From positions 28,024,001 through 28,088,000 of the forward strand of contig OZ287753.1 of NCBI GenBank assembly GCA_965649765.1: DNA of 64,000 bases, written 5' to 3'. This stretch comes from Bispira polyomma. Its lineage: Eukaryota. Shown piece by piece: positions 36,476 through 49,507 of the stretch. Below the pieces are notes generated by a model. That model was not told the DNA's origin and searched no databases. It saw only the letters and a program-made list of their open reading frames with translations. The position numbers and the translations under genes were made by a program. Numbering within the stretch: the first letter of the stretch is position 1; each line of letters opens with the position of its first letter.

Positions 36476-38249
36476 CATAAAATAGTTGTACATGATGAGA
36501 TGTCTAAAATAAAAATAAAATTATCAGATGGTAGCTTGTTCCAAAGCTTATTTTGTTACAGCTGACTTAGTTTGTATCATAGGTTGACTTATTTTGTATC
36601 ACCAACTAATGCTCTAATTTCCTTTGCTAGGTTATATTGTTTATTTCAACTTACACCTACTACTGCCTGGTGTAATTTTCTCATTATTCTCATCACTAAA
36701 CAGGCAAAAGTGAGACAGCAAAAAATAGAACAGCAATAAAACAATAGTATCATACACCAAACAACAGCACCATTTGGCCGTTTACAAATGTGTGTGCGAC
36801 AGCTTCATTAGAATCATTATATATTTTTCTACTAAGGTCTTGGTCTATTTATTTGCTTTTTCTGAAAATACAGTTGATGGTATTTTTATGTAGTTTTGTC
36901 AGCATATTGATTGACATTACCTCAGCTGTTGCTAAGTTGATGCTTCTTTTGTGATAGTTTTGTCAATGTGTTGATTGACATTGCCTCAGCAGTTGTTAAG
37001 TTCATGGTTTTTCAAAGTAGCGACAGGTAATACTCGGAGATCAAAGCGTTTAATCCATTGAAGTTAATACTTCACAAAATTAATTTTCAATAATCCTATG
37101 GGGAATGCAATTACCATAAAATCTTCAATTGCTGCTCAGTAGTGTCTTTTGTGTTAGGATAAATGTAACACTGATAAAGAGGTTACGCTTTTACCTGTGT
37201 CCGTTTATTTGTCACCAGGTTATACCCAAATCTATGGCACTGATTTACATGAACTATGGTTTAGGAACAGAGCATGGGCCAATAAAGAAGAATCCCATAA
37301 ATTCTGGACCAGATCTAGGTGGATTTTTGTTTACTTTTTACACTGTTCAGAGCGGTAGAAGTATACATTCTACCGATTGCCCTTCTAGTTTGTATAATAA
37401 ACTGTTATTTGAATGGTTAAAGTAAAGTTATAAGTAAAATTAAGGGGTATTTTAAGTGTTCCAATGATTTTATAACAAAAATTTATGTCTAGTAAATTTA
37501 AAAAGTAGAAACTAATAAAATTTAATTGCAGCTAAAAAATTTATTGTGTACATTTTTATTTATCACCAAATACAAATCTAGACACATTAACTGTGTATAA
37601 CTGAGAAAGGTGTTAAAGCCAAACACATCTTCCATGTGACAAAGTCCCAGGAAAAAAGGTAAACATAAAAACCTATTTCATCTGCATTTCACTTGTTAGC
37701 ACTGACAATGTAAACAGGCAAAAGTGTGACTGATCTAACAGCTAAAACTGCATAAGCAGATTTTTTTTTTGTATGACTACTAAGGCCTTGCTCCACTTTC
37801 ACCACCTTAGCTAGCCATTTCGGAGGGATCTAGGCAATCTAAGCGACCTACAATTCGGACTGGTTGTACACTGTTCATACTAGATTTATAGTAGACTTTA
37901 GTAATTGCCATATGCAAGTTCTCAACTGGCTCCTAACTTGACTACAACTCATTCTTTCTGTGACTATTACCTTATGTCATGAATGTAAAATATGTAAGTG
38001 TTGGTACAATTGCATGTGGGTCAAGTTGAGAATGCATCACATTTTCTGTAGAAATATGGGTAGGTCTAATTAGGTAATCATGGGACAACCAAAACACATT
38101 GCTGACACAACAGCCGTGATCTTTGCTAAACTACTGTGCTATCCTTAAGATGACAATTGGTGGTCAACTTGACCCTGGTGATTCTAATCTTGCATACAGT
38201 TGTTTAAAGGGTTTTTGTAAATGATATTCATCGTAAAAATGTGCTTGGA

Positions 38250-39680
38250 ATTTAGTTTGCTGTTACAGCGCTTTCAAAAGCTTAGGTCATAGTCATATCA
38301 TGACGGCCAGGTTTACTGGTGGAAGAGACCAGTGGTAAAGCATTATAAACCACCGACCCATCCCAAGTACCTGACTTATTGTTTCCAACATGAAGGAACG
38401 AACAGGATTCAAACCCAGGCGCTTCTAACTACTAGGCCACGTGGTATAAGGCTCACCACTGTGTAAAAACTAGACTTCCAGTATTTAGTATAATATTAAT
38501 CCCATTTATCTAATGTAACGGGGTAACTAGACATTTGTGTTCAATACAAGAATAGATAACTATGTTTTTGTCTCAAAATAGAAAGAGCAGAAACAGGTAA
38601 AAATAAGTTCCTACAAAAAATATTTGTAAAATTACAAATACAATTTGTCTGGCAAGATGAAAAAAATAAAAGAAATTTATGGTACATCAGGATCACAAGG
38701 CACCCTTAACCTACCTTAATATATTAATGAGCACATTGTTGTCTGTGGTGTTCTACTTCATCAATACTCTTTTACGTTTTTTTCAAGGACATTCCTAAAC
38801 ATGTACCTTAAAAGGTGTCGAAGAACAATCCACGATAAATGAAAATGAAACCATTTTTGAAAAAGTCACCTATTTCTCAAATATTCTTTGTATTTAGAGG
38901 ATTAATACAATTTTAATTATATATTTTTCATACTTCATTACATGCGTTTTATGTCATGGCTCATATCAGCTAGAAATATTTTGCTATATCTATAATAGGG
39001 TTTAATGACTAATCATAAATATACAGTTGTCAATACCTTTAGCAGCTATAATCACCGATATCTAGTGCAGTATCTTTCTGTAAAATAGCGGTATTACAAT
39101 TGTAACTTGTAACACAGCCCAGATGTGTCAATGGTCAATTGATTAGGTTGTATACAATTAGTATTTTACAGCATCAAATCGAAACCATTTAATAAAAAAT
39201 CCCATTCTCAAGATTAGAAACTTAATATGGCTAGATAGCTCTTTACATATATTCAACGTTGGCTGCAATTATGTTTAAAAATTAATATTTAAAAGACAAT
39301 CTCTTTTCAGTAATGCCTGCCATCATGGAAATCAGTGACATAATTATACTTTTATCCAATAACATATTTATTTTTCACAATAAAATACCTTATCCCCTTT
39401 ATATAGGCCAGTATCTTTGGACAATGAATAGACTAAACACCATAATTGTCAATTACATGCTTCTTATAAGTAATTCTAATTTAGAGAGGGATATCAATTC
39501 ACATAACATACTAGACTACATACATCTCTTACACTCGTGATATCTACTGTCAAAATAGGATATATTGCCAAGAGATAATTTTGTGAAAGTATGTAGTGTT
39601 AGTACAGCGAGGAAGGGGTCTCTTTAGACCCCTCGAAAACTAAAAAAGACAGTGACACCCATTTATAGATTTTGCCTAAT
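38250..39680 (-). repeat. Composite repeat unit, copy D (partial), starting with a SINE at ~38255-38440
   Basis: Direct homologue of 30920-32230; SINE body similar to 55890-56090. Confidence 0.8.
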
Positions 39681-40140
39681 CGACACCTGGCAAGTTACTA
39701 TGTCCTCATGTAGATACAATAACTGAGGCGAAAACAAAGCTAGTGTCTGATCATACCCGAACTGTGTACGTATACTCAATTTATGGTGGAACTATTGTAA
39801 ACAAAAGAGCCCCAGTAAAGATTTTATAGGAACTAAACCTGGTTAAATATAGTGATTGAAGCAAATATTTGTTTTATTTTGAAATTAACCTTAGTCATGG
39901 ACCTTGTACAAAAGCAGCAGCTGGGAAGTATAGTTGGTCTATTGTTTATGTTAAACTAAAATGTTCACACAGACTGTAACAGTGAAGTGAGTTTAACACT
40001 TTAATTACATTTCTTAACTTACAATTATTACTAAAGCTCCACGGTGTTTCTAAAGATCTAATTAGATTCCTTCATCGTAATTGATTGCAGTGTAGTAAAA
40101 AAAAAGTTATAGAAACAATGCTATTTAATTTATATATATA

Positions 40141-40264
40141 TGTTACAGTAAATATGTAAAATCAGTAAATACGCATATTTACTGAAATTTTCAGTAAATA
40201 CGCGTATTTACTGATTTGGTCAGTAAATACGCGAATTTACTGATTTCACATATTTACTGTAACA
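40141..40264. mobile_element. 124-bp fully palindromic MITE-like element in a (TA)n tract
   Basis: TGTTACAGTAAATATGT...ACATATTTACTGTAACA termini; three internal 24-bp palindromes at 29-bp period. Confidence 0.8.
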
Positions 40265-43200
40265 TATATATGGGTGACTTAAAATTCTTTGGGTAATCTA
40301 AATATACATTAAGAAAGTATTCCTTGTGAATCAGGCCTTCCCAACTGCAGTATACTGGTTTTTAAGCTAGTAAAATTTCAACTAATACTTGGCAAAGTAC
40401 ATGTATATGATATTCTATACTAATAATATACTAAAAGAAGAAATGTCACAAAAGGCTTTTCTCTGGTGTTAGATGTTAGTTATTACCAATTTTGAAAAAA
40501 AAACTTACTCTAGTAAAAACAATATGTTCCCTACCTTGAATCTAAGGCGTACTTAACAGTTACTGGTTCTTTAGGAATCTGGCCCAAGAATTATACTTCA
40601 AAGAGACTTTGTCAAGCCTTCACACTAGTAATTTCCAACAATGACAAGTTTGTCTACTGCAGGCAAGCTGTAGGCAGCACGCCTGAGTTTGAAGCTATTT
40701 GAAGAGAGATTTATTGGGGTAAAGGTCAAATCAGGATTGTGAAACGGGGGTATTAAGACCAGAATAGCTTTTGTGAAGAAACCAGGCCTTTGCAGTTTTC
40801 ATCTAGGTATCTTTGCTTTGGTTATATTTAGAAGCATTATATCAACAATTATTTTATATTTCTCATCAAAGAGCAACCGTTACAAGGCAATAGATACACA
40901 ATTTATATATATATAAGAACAGGACTCATGTTAGTTTTTATTCCATCATATCCTACAAACTATAACACTGGGTCACAAAGATTCAAACTGTGAAATGGCA
41001 TTATCTATGTTAGCACAATAACAATACTTCTGTAGGCCAATATTGGTTTTTAGTAGTTCAACATGAATCAGTGGTCAGAGTTATACTTCAACCAAACTTC
41101 AAAAGTATTAAGATTAGTAAACTAAGTACCCTAAAATAAATCTATGATCTTTTTTATATCAATATTATGCATACTTACAGACAACTGATTCTTGTGTACA
41201 TATAGATTAACAGTATGTAAAGATAAAACTATAATATTATACACATAAGTAAGTAATACCACTTGAATGACTCCTTTTTAATGTAAAAATAGATATTAAA
41301 CAAATTAGATTATGCTTTTATAATTAGGTATTACTTCATTTTTAAATGATCACAGTGTACCTAAAACAGAAGCCCACAAGTAAATTATCTTCAAAACTGC
41401 CCCCATCATAAAAATTCAGTTGAAATCCAAATTGTGAAAGGTGTATACTAATGTTTCAGAGTGTCAGTGTAAGGCTAATCTTAAATTAAGTAAGATAACA
41501 AGTGCTCTGTAATGTATGAGACACTATCAAAACAAAGGGATGAGCAAAAGTGGATTTAATTAACCACCCCTGTCCCCCAATTATTTCCCCAGTCGATTTT
41601 TTCCCTTTCCGGGGGTTTTCATCTATAGAAGTCAATTTAGTGATCACCAAAAACTAGAAGTGAATTGTTTGAGATGTATACCCTGGTGTGGTCTAAACAA
41701 AGAGAATATTTAAGGCATATATCTTTTGATAGTGTTACCTTTTTCATTGAGGGCAGAGTAAATAAAATATCCACATGATCTAATAAAGATGTAGAGCAAA
41801 ATTTTGCTATGAAAAAAAACACATAGAATATCAGGACATTATGAGTTCCAAAAGGTAGCACCATAAAGAATTGATTTATCACATCAAATGGTCTATTTTT
41901 AATACCGCATTTTTGGCAAAGACGGGTACATAATATGAACAACTTCAATTCAATGTTGTACGGTAATATACCCTCCTCCTACTCTTTACAGTTGATATTC
42001 CACCAATAATATGCTAATACCTCGGCAAATAAACTTCATTTTTTGATGTATTAATAACATCAAAAGCAATAAAAGGAAAGAGTGATTACAAGAATATTAA
42101 CGTCCAGGGCCATTATTTACTCAAGTAACTGAGGACTATTGCTACAGAATAAACTAAACCATGTTAAGGTCACCTTTAAAATATCTAGATTCTACAGGGT
42201 TTTTGGCATTAAAACTTTGCAAGTGGTTTCTACAGAGGAGGGTTTAATGCATTGTATAATTAAATTTACAGTTAAGCTTTAAATATATAAATTTAATATT
42301 GGGGCAGACTATCTCTTAAGTGGAATACTAAAAGTAAAATTTATGAGCTTCTTTATATTTATCTAAAAAGTATTTGGAACAGCACAATGTAGTAATGTTA
42401 AAATAGAAATAAAGTCAAATTAAGATTTTCTTAAAACAATAATCCTACAAATCCAGTACCATAGCTAAATCTAAATGAACTGCAAGGTATGTTTAACATG
42501 CAGACTATACTAATTTCTTATTTATATATATGCAAGTAAAATTTAACATTACTGTCATACAGGTCACAAAATGAAACTTTAAAGTTAAGGTTAATCTCCT
42601 ACACACTTGACCAACAAAATCAACCAAGGCCAGTTTTTTGTTAATAAAATGGATACATTTTGGCATGCAGCATCAAAAAGTATCTTAGCTCTAAAACCTA
42701 AATCTCAAAATGAAACTCTTATCATATCTACTAGAAATAACTCATAGACATGCAAGTACTTTTGCATAACATTTTTTTTCCAATACTTATACTTTTTATA
42801 ATATGAATACTGAATACTTACTAACAAAAATATTTCCAGAACTAAAAGCATTTTTCTCCTTTTTAAAAGTGTCGTCCTGTTGTGGTTTTAGGATCTAAGC
42901 TGTGTTTTTTTTTGTCTTTTGACTCCTGCTATTTGGTGGTAGAAGTGGGGGTTTGGAGGGTGATATGGTTTAAGCCCTTAGACACCTTTCCTCATAAAGC
43001 TTCATTACAAAGGCAAACTCTGTCAGCTCAATAGGCAATCTTGTCAGTGGGGCTACTAACAGCACCCACCCCTGCTCAATTGACAGCATGCACCTCGAGG
43101 TCAGTGGCCCGGCCCTTTTTTGGTGTGGTGTGTGAGTATGTGGAACATTAGGAAAGGAGGGTGGGGCTTCTTTCTTAATTTTTACAGTTTTTTCCCCTTT

Positions 43201-45601
43201 CTTTATTTAGTTGTTCAAAATGGCTTAGTTTGAATGTGTATTAAGACATTCATATTGGTTTGTTTTTAGATTTGATCTGTAATTATGGGAAGAGAGTTTT
43301 CTGGTTTTGGTTAGTTTAAAATACTTAATGTTATCTTACTGACTGGATCCTTGACTTGTAAAATGCTTGGACCATGTAAACTGAAAACTTACTTCAGTAC
43401 ATTTATTATACATTACTTCTAATCCTGCCTCCAGCCAAAAATAACCTACTCGAAACTATTGAACTATATAAAATCTCAAATTTAAGTTTCCCTGGGGAAT
43501 ATAATGATAAGAAAATACAATGCCATCATTTGGTAGATGCTGTTATAAAAGTTGTGAATTTTTAAACGGAGCATGTATTGGCTAGGTTACTGTATATATC
43601 TCTCGTGAAGTTAAAGCAAACGCCTGATGAGGTATGGGAAGATGATAAAGAAAAAGCTGTCAACCTAACAAAGCAAGGGATTCATCATGTTTAGTTGAGG
43701 ACTGGGACACTCGTTTACTCTTTTTACTCTTATTACCAGCACTGTCTGGGCATTGGTGTTTCTAAAATACAACATAAGGTCTAAATCAGTATGAAAAAAT
43801 CTGTTGATATTTTGAATGCAGTATAAACTAATAAATTATATAAAAAAATTTAATTTATTCACCTTGGTCAACATTTCAAATACATTAGGTCAACAGTCTT
43901 TTATAATTTCTTTGTTTGACAGTATTTGTAGCTTGGCCACATATATTTTAAAATGAAATATGACTATATACCTACATGGATTTACCATATAAACTTAACC
44001 AAATTTTGAATTCTCTATTGGGAAGCTACTAGGGTCCCGGATTATTAGTGGTAATTTATGCTCACACTATGTACAGTTTTTGGTGTCTATAATTTCATCT
44101 AGATCAGCAAGATACATTCACCATAATCCAAACTATTGATTATATAAAAAGTTGACCTATAAAGTACAAAATATTCCACATGCAATTAGGGTCCCAATGA
44201 TTATAGTACTCAGCAAAGTTGTGTGATGTAATTGACTTGGAATTTATATATCCACTGGGATAGTGAAGTTATGCATAGTGAACAAAAACTATGGTATATG
44301 AGTAACATTCCTTATACAGAGTTTTAGTTTTATAATAACTGCTATGTTATTTTTCATGTATCAACTACAAACTGTCAATGGTCATTATCTCATGATCGAG
44401 ATTCATGGTATGTTGGTGTGGGTTTGCCTGTTGATTAAGGTTGTCAATGTGAGTTTTATTTCTCTTATTGCACACACTGAAAGGCCTTCTTAGGAGTGAA
44501 AAAACACCGTAAAAAGACGTGACCCCAATAAACTGTAACATTAAACGCAATCTGGCGGCAAATTACTACTACTGTATTTAGCTGTTCTTATCTTGAGATC
44601 TTAACGATAACATTTTAGTTGTTACAGTTTGACTTACCATAGAATTCTCTTCTGTGGACACTTGTGTCAATGTACTTAAATTTTTCAGTATTTTACTTAA
44701 CTCCAATTTTGAGGTTTTAATTTGAATGAATAAGATACATTAGAAGAGTTTGCAAATTCTTTTCAATTTTTGTTTAAAAAATAGGTTTTTCCCTCCATCT
44801 TAAAACAATGACCAGACCACTTATTTTGTGAATGAGCAGAGTAAATGGGTAACAGTTTTATGTGATGTTTGGCACACAAGAAATGGTGTGACTAAGCTCA
44901 TAAAGTACCATAGTATTCTACAGTAACCAAGGTCAAAACAAGAAAAACTCTTACTATAACAGTCTTATTGCCAGCTCAAGGCTAAGATTTATTTCTCAAT
45001 TATCTTTCTGCACTACTTTTGCAGACATTTTTGTTGCCTTGGTCTGCTGAATTACATCTTAAAAGTTCTGTGTCTCTTTTGGGTCTTTTATTGAAAAAGT
45101 ACCTCATTTTTTCATTTCATTTGCTTCTCAACAGTTTGGTATGTCAAAAGTCTTTGCTGTGTCAAACTTCAGTATCCCAGTGTTAAGAAAGAACTGAGTT
45201 CAAAGTAAAATAAAATGGCCAGTGTTAATATCCATCAAAGAAGATAATTGTTTTTAAGATAAATTTTAGTTGATAGTAGATATATTTAATTAGTAGTGTA
45301 ATAGCATAACCTTAAATTTTTAACATTTGTAAGACCATTAACATCATTTTTTGCTATATGATCATATTTCAGATATACTTGTAGTGGTAAAAGAGTGTAG
45401 ATATGGCATTTGTTAATCTCTGGTTTAATGCCAGCTATTTAATATTTATTTTCAGGCATAGATCTTTGCAGTCAAAACCCATGCATCACACTTTCCACTG
45501 AAGTAATTGTCCAACACCATGGTATAGTTCATGCCACTGTGATCTGCAAAAAAGATAGATGTCATCATGTGACAGGTTAACATATATTCTCTGATACTGA
45601 T

Positions 45602-45764
45602 TGGTGGGCTGACGCCTATGCGACAGCCCCCTTAGTTCTAGTGGCAGATCACTGGGGGGCCAATTAGGCCACCTGGGGTCACGGGGGCAAGTATAAAGGG
45701 TTTGCCGCCAACATGTGCCATCATTATTTTAAAAGCATTTGATAGATAAGGAGTGTTTTAAAAC
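45602..45764 (+). repeat. Element 2 repeat A1 (putative promoter)
   Basis: Copy at 51080-51244; 5' hairpin gggctg/cagccc, CCAAT and GTATAAA. Confidence 0.93.
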
Positions 45765-45817
45765 TAGGGCTTTACTACCCGTAATTTTGTTTTCAACCTC
45801 ATTTTATATCTATGTAA

Positions 45818-46802
45818 ATGCCTAACAAAGAATACCCTTGTGGTGTGTGCTCTGGTTGACATGAACGTCCGGTTGGCAAAAAGTGTAAATATAACTTGGT
45901 GGACAGCGTCGCCGATGAAATGGCTGCCGTCAGTCCTGCTACTCCAGAGGTTTCGGATTCTGTTTCTGGTTTGATTCTACAACAAAGCGATGAACGAAAA
46001 GATGAATAGCATGGACCGGCGAGTGCAGGCTACAGAGGCGGCGCTGTGTACATCCAGTGACAAGACATGTAACACTTCTTTTAAATCAGTTCCTAGTGTA
46101 CCTAATACTAGTGAACCAGTAGTTGAGGCTGTTGTGCCATCCCTAGAGTATTTACGTTCTAATGCAGGGTTACAAAAGCAGGTTGATCAACGTCTGCTGC
46201 AGTTGCAGCACTTAAATGACTTAACGGGAGGTGAATTTAAGTCCCAGAGAGGTGGTGTTGAGGCCCCCATAAAGCGAAACGTGGAATGGCCACAAAATAT
46301 GACTTGTCTGGTGCAAAAAAGATTTGACCCATCTATGATGACCTTACGTTGGTTTAATTCATCTCTGGCTTTATCCAGTGCAGCCAACAGCAAAAGGTCC
46401 GAGAGGCCATGTTAGAATACCTTGCCAATTTAATGGACGACGCCCATGATTTTTCATGGGATGCTGCCAAAGCCTCTCATGCCATTTTATTAACTAATAT
46501 GGAAATGGATCATCTCAGTTGGACAGACGTTGACAAGGTTGACCAGATAAGGCATGCTCATGCACACCATCATATTACCTCGGCATCGGGTGGGTCTGGC
46601 CCTTCTAAAACCAGTGGTAATGGTAAAAACAAAGTACAAGCTAAAACTCCTGGAGTTAACTGTCGTTTCTTTCAAGATGAAATGTGTAAATTTAAGGCCA
46701 GCGATCAAACCTCTAGACAGTGGTTCAAACACTGCAGTGAGAGTTGAGAGGGTACTCACCAGAACAAAGCTATGTCCTAAGAAAGTGGTGACAAAAAACT
46801 GA
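45818..46802 (+). pseudogene. gag-like ORF1 of element 2 (stops and frameshifts)
   Basis: MPNKEYPCGVCSG*HERPVGKKC; VVPSLEYL; VEWPQN; DAHDFSWDAAKA; CRFFQ; ends VVTKN*. Confidence 0.88.
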
Positions 46803-46828
46803 GGGGCCACTGTGACAGTGCAGTGGTT
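46793..46828 (+). promoter_or_regulatory. Putative -1 ribosomal frameshift signal (A_AAA_AAC, 5-nt spacer, hairpin)
   Basis: Heptamer in correct phase immediately before the gag stop; stem ggccactg/cagtggtt; the -1 frame is homologous to that of element 3. Confidence 0.7.
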
Positions 46829-49464
46829 AACAAGAAATTTGTACATAGAATATACTCTAGAGTTGGATGTAAATCTACCTTTTCAGATTTTAAACTGTTT
46901 AACCATGTAGTTTTAATTCTAATGTATATGTGAAGCAAATTGTCCCAAGGCCTTATCGGGACATGCTGAAACAGGGCACAAGTGGTGTCGTTGGAAATTT
47001 CAGCAGAAAACCTAAGGTTAGTGAAATTGGAGAAATACTTGAAGCCATGGCCCCTATTGCTACAGTCATGTCACGAAAAGGTGGTAAACATGTTTCTAAC
47101 AATCCATTGTTCCCTACAAAACGTGGGGACAAAAACAAAATCAATCCTGTTGCCAACAAACCATTGTCTAGGTTGAATGTTTGAACTGTTAAGAAACGTG
47201 TTGAAAACAACTCAGTAAACGTGTCAAAACAGAACCATGGTTCCTCTGTCAAGCCAATTAAGTTGAGTGTTATCAACTCTAACAATGGACAGGGGTTTCC
47301 CCCATTGTCAAACCAATTAAGTCGGGTTAAACAGAACAATGAACCTGATAGTTTCAGGTTGGCCCTTTATAATAGGTTTGCTTGATTGAACAGTGCGTGT
47401 GTAGAAACAATGGAATTAGGTGACACTTCACTTGAGGGGGGAAGTCCTTACTGTGGTCTGACTTTGACACAACATAAAAAACCGACTACAAAATTAACCC
47501 ATTGTGATGACAAGTATGCTTTAGACCTCCTTAGAGGCCCTGACAAAAGACAGCGCTTAAATGAAGCTAAGGACTGTGTGACATACAAATTGTGGGACGT
47601 GCAAAATAGTGGCAAATATGGGTTCATTCCTACTAGTGGGGCCGCGGTGGCCTAGTGGTTAGCAAGCATTGCTCTTCACAACTACTGGTCTCTCACCTCT
47701 GGGCGGCGTGAGTTCGAATCCCGTCGATGCCTCTGTGGGAAAGGTGGTAGTTCCTTACTGTGGGCCGCTGGTTTCTCTGCAGAACCTTGACCGACTGTAT
47801 GCAGTGTTTCCTCCAGCGTTTCCAACTACCCGTCCCAATATAACCTACTAAAAGGTACTAGAGTGGACGTTAAATATCCAAATTCAAATTCATTCCAACG
47901 AGCTTTTACTTTACACAAGCACCTTAGGTTGGATGGATGTCACAACTATAGGGGCCTACAAATACCTGTTAACACACAACCCAATGCTCAAGTGTGGGCC
48001 AAGTATTTGAAGAATTATTGGGATTGGGAACTCCCCTTACTAATAAAATTCGGGTTTCCCCTAGACTGTAATGGTAAACATGAGTTTAAGTCTGAGATTA
48101 GTAATCATTCTTCTGCCTATCAATATCCCAACCACGTGGCTCATTACTTGGAGGAAGAATGTTCATTGGGTGCCATGTATGGGCCGTTTGCAGTTCCCCC
48201 TATTGAAAACATTCACACTTCCTCATTCATGACTAGAGACAAATCAAGCTCGATCAACCGAAGAGTCATTATAGATTTAAGTTGGCCAGCAGGCCATTCG
48301 GTTAATGCATCGGTGTCTTCCAATTCATATTTATACAAGGAATACTTACTTACCCTTCCATTGACATCATCACCAGCCAAGTTTTGGCCATGGGTAGGGG
48401 TTCCTTGATATTTAAAGCTGACATTAGTCGAGCCTTTTGACACGTGACTATTGATCCGAAAGACATAAATTTGTTGGGTCTATACTGGGATAGCTACTAT
48501 ATCGATGGCTCGTTACCCTTCAGTTATCGGCACGGATCAGTTATTTTTCAAAGAATTTCAGGCAAAATAAGGTACATAATGGAAGGTGAAGGTCACCAAA
48601 TCACCAACTACATCGATGATCTGTTATGTTGCTCTATTACGTCTAAAATATACAAAAGCAGAGCTAGGCCTGACCCTTAACCAGAGGAAGCTGGTTCCCT
48701 CAGCAACTAGGGTGTCATGCCTTGGTATAGTCATAGACTTGGTTCAATTCAACACTTCTATATCAGAAGAAAACTTAATCAATATCAAAAACAAGTGTAA
48801 CAAATGCAGTAATAAAAAATCTTGCACAGGGTTCCTTGTTATATGTGTCTAAATGGTCAAATGTGTCAAGAATGTTGTAACTTCTGAGAAGCAATCATAA
48901 AAGTAAAAGTATGAAAATTACCCCTGAGTTCCAAAAGGATCTGAACTGGTTTACTGCTTTCCTTTATAAATATAACCGGGTGGCTTTTTTCCATCATGCC
49001 CCCATCACTGCCATGATTGAGTTAGATGCCTGCCTCACAGGTATGGGGGGAATTCATGGAAAACAAGTCTACTACCTCCCTGTTCCTGTTGCTATGCAAC
49101 ACCACAATATTGCCTCGTTGGAAATGTTAAACATTCATGTCGCTCTCAAGTTGTGTGGAAGACATTGGCATGGTCACAAAATACTAGTAAAATGCAACAA
49201 CCAGGCTGTTGCAAGTGTCCTCACTCATGGTAGAACTCGAGACAGTTAATTAGCCTTGTACTCCCGAAATATATTTATTTCAGCCAGCCAGTTTGATTTA
49301 GAGCTAAAAATAGTGTATTTATAGGAAATGACAACACAACTGCTGACCTGCTGTTTTGTTGGATAAATTCTACTAAAGATAACGTTCTCTTGCAGGAGCT
49401 GGCTGGCACTGTCCAATGGTGTACACTGACTGAAGATCACTTGTTGCTTAATGACCATATATAA
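46799..49464 (+). pseudogene. pol (RT/RNase H) of element 2, heavily disrupted and SINE-interrupted
   Basis: RVIIDLSWP, DISRAF*H, YIDD, LDACLTG and LEMLNI fragments in different frames. Confidence 0.9.
47637..47888 (+). mobile_element. tRNA-derived SINE inserted in element 2 pol
   Basis: A box GGTGGCCTAGTGG, B box GTTCGAATCC; imperfect 14-bp TSD ttcattcctactag (47623-47636) / ttcattccaacgag (47889-47902). Confidence 0.9.
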
Positions 49465-49507
49465 TGTATTACTGTGTCCTCTTTCTCTTGGCAGTACTTT
49501 GTGTTAG

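Larger units (their letters stand above)
34040..37520 (-). repeat. Composite repeat unit, copy C (interrupted by a 78-bp array and a YR-element fragment)
   Basis: Collinear with copies A and B on both sides of the ~35466-36475 insertion. Confidence 0.85.

Noticed and set aside
47637-47730. tRNA gene
   Set aside because: A/B boxes are present but there is no complete cloverleaf; it continues into a SINE body with TSD and has a second copy at 22269-22524
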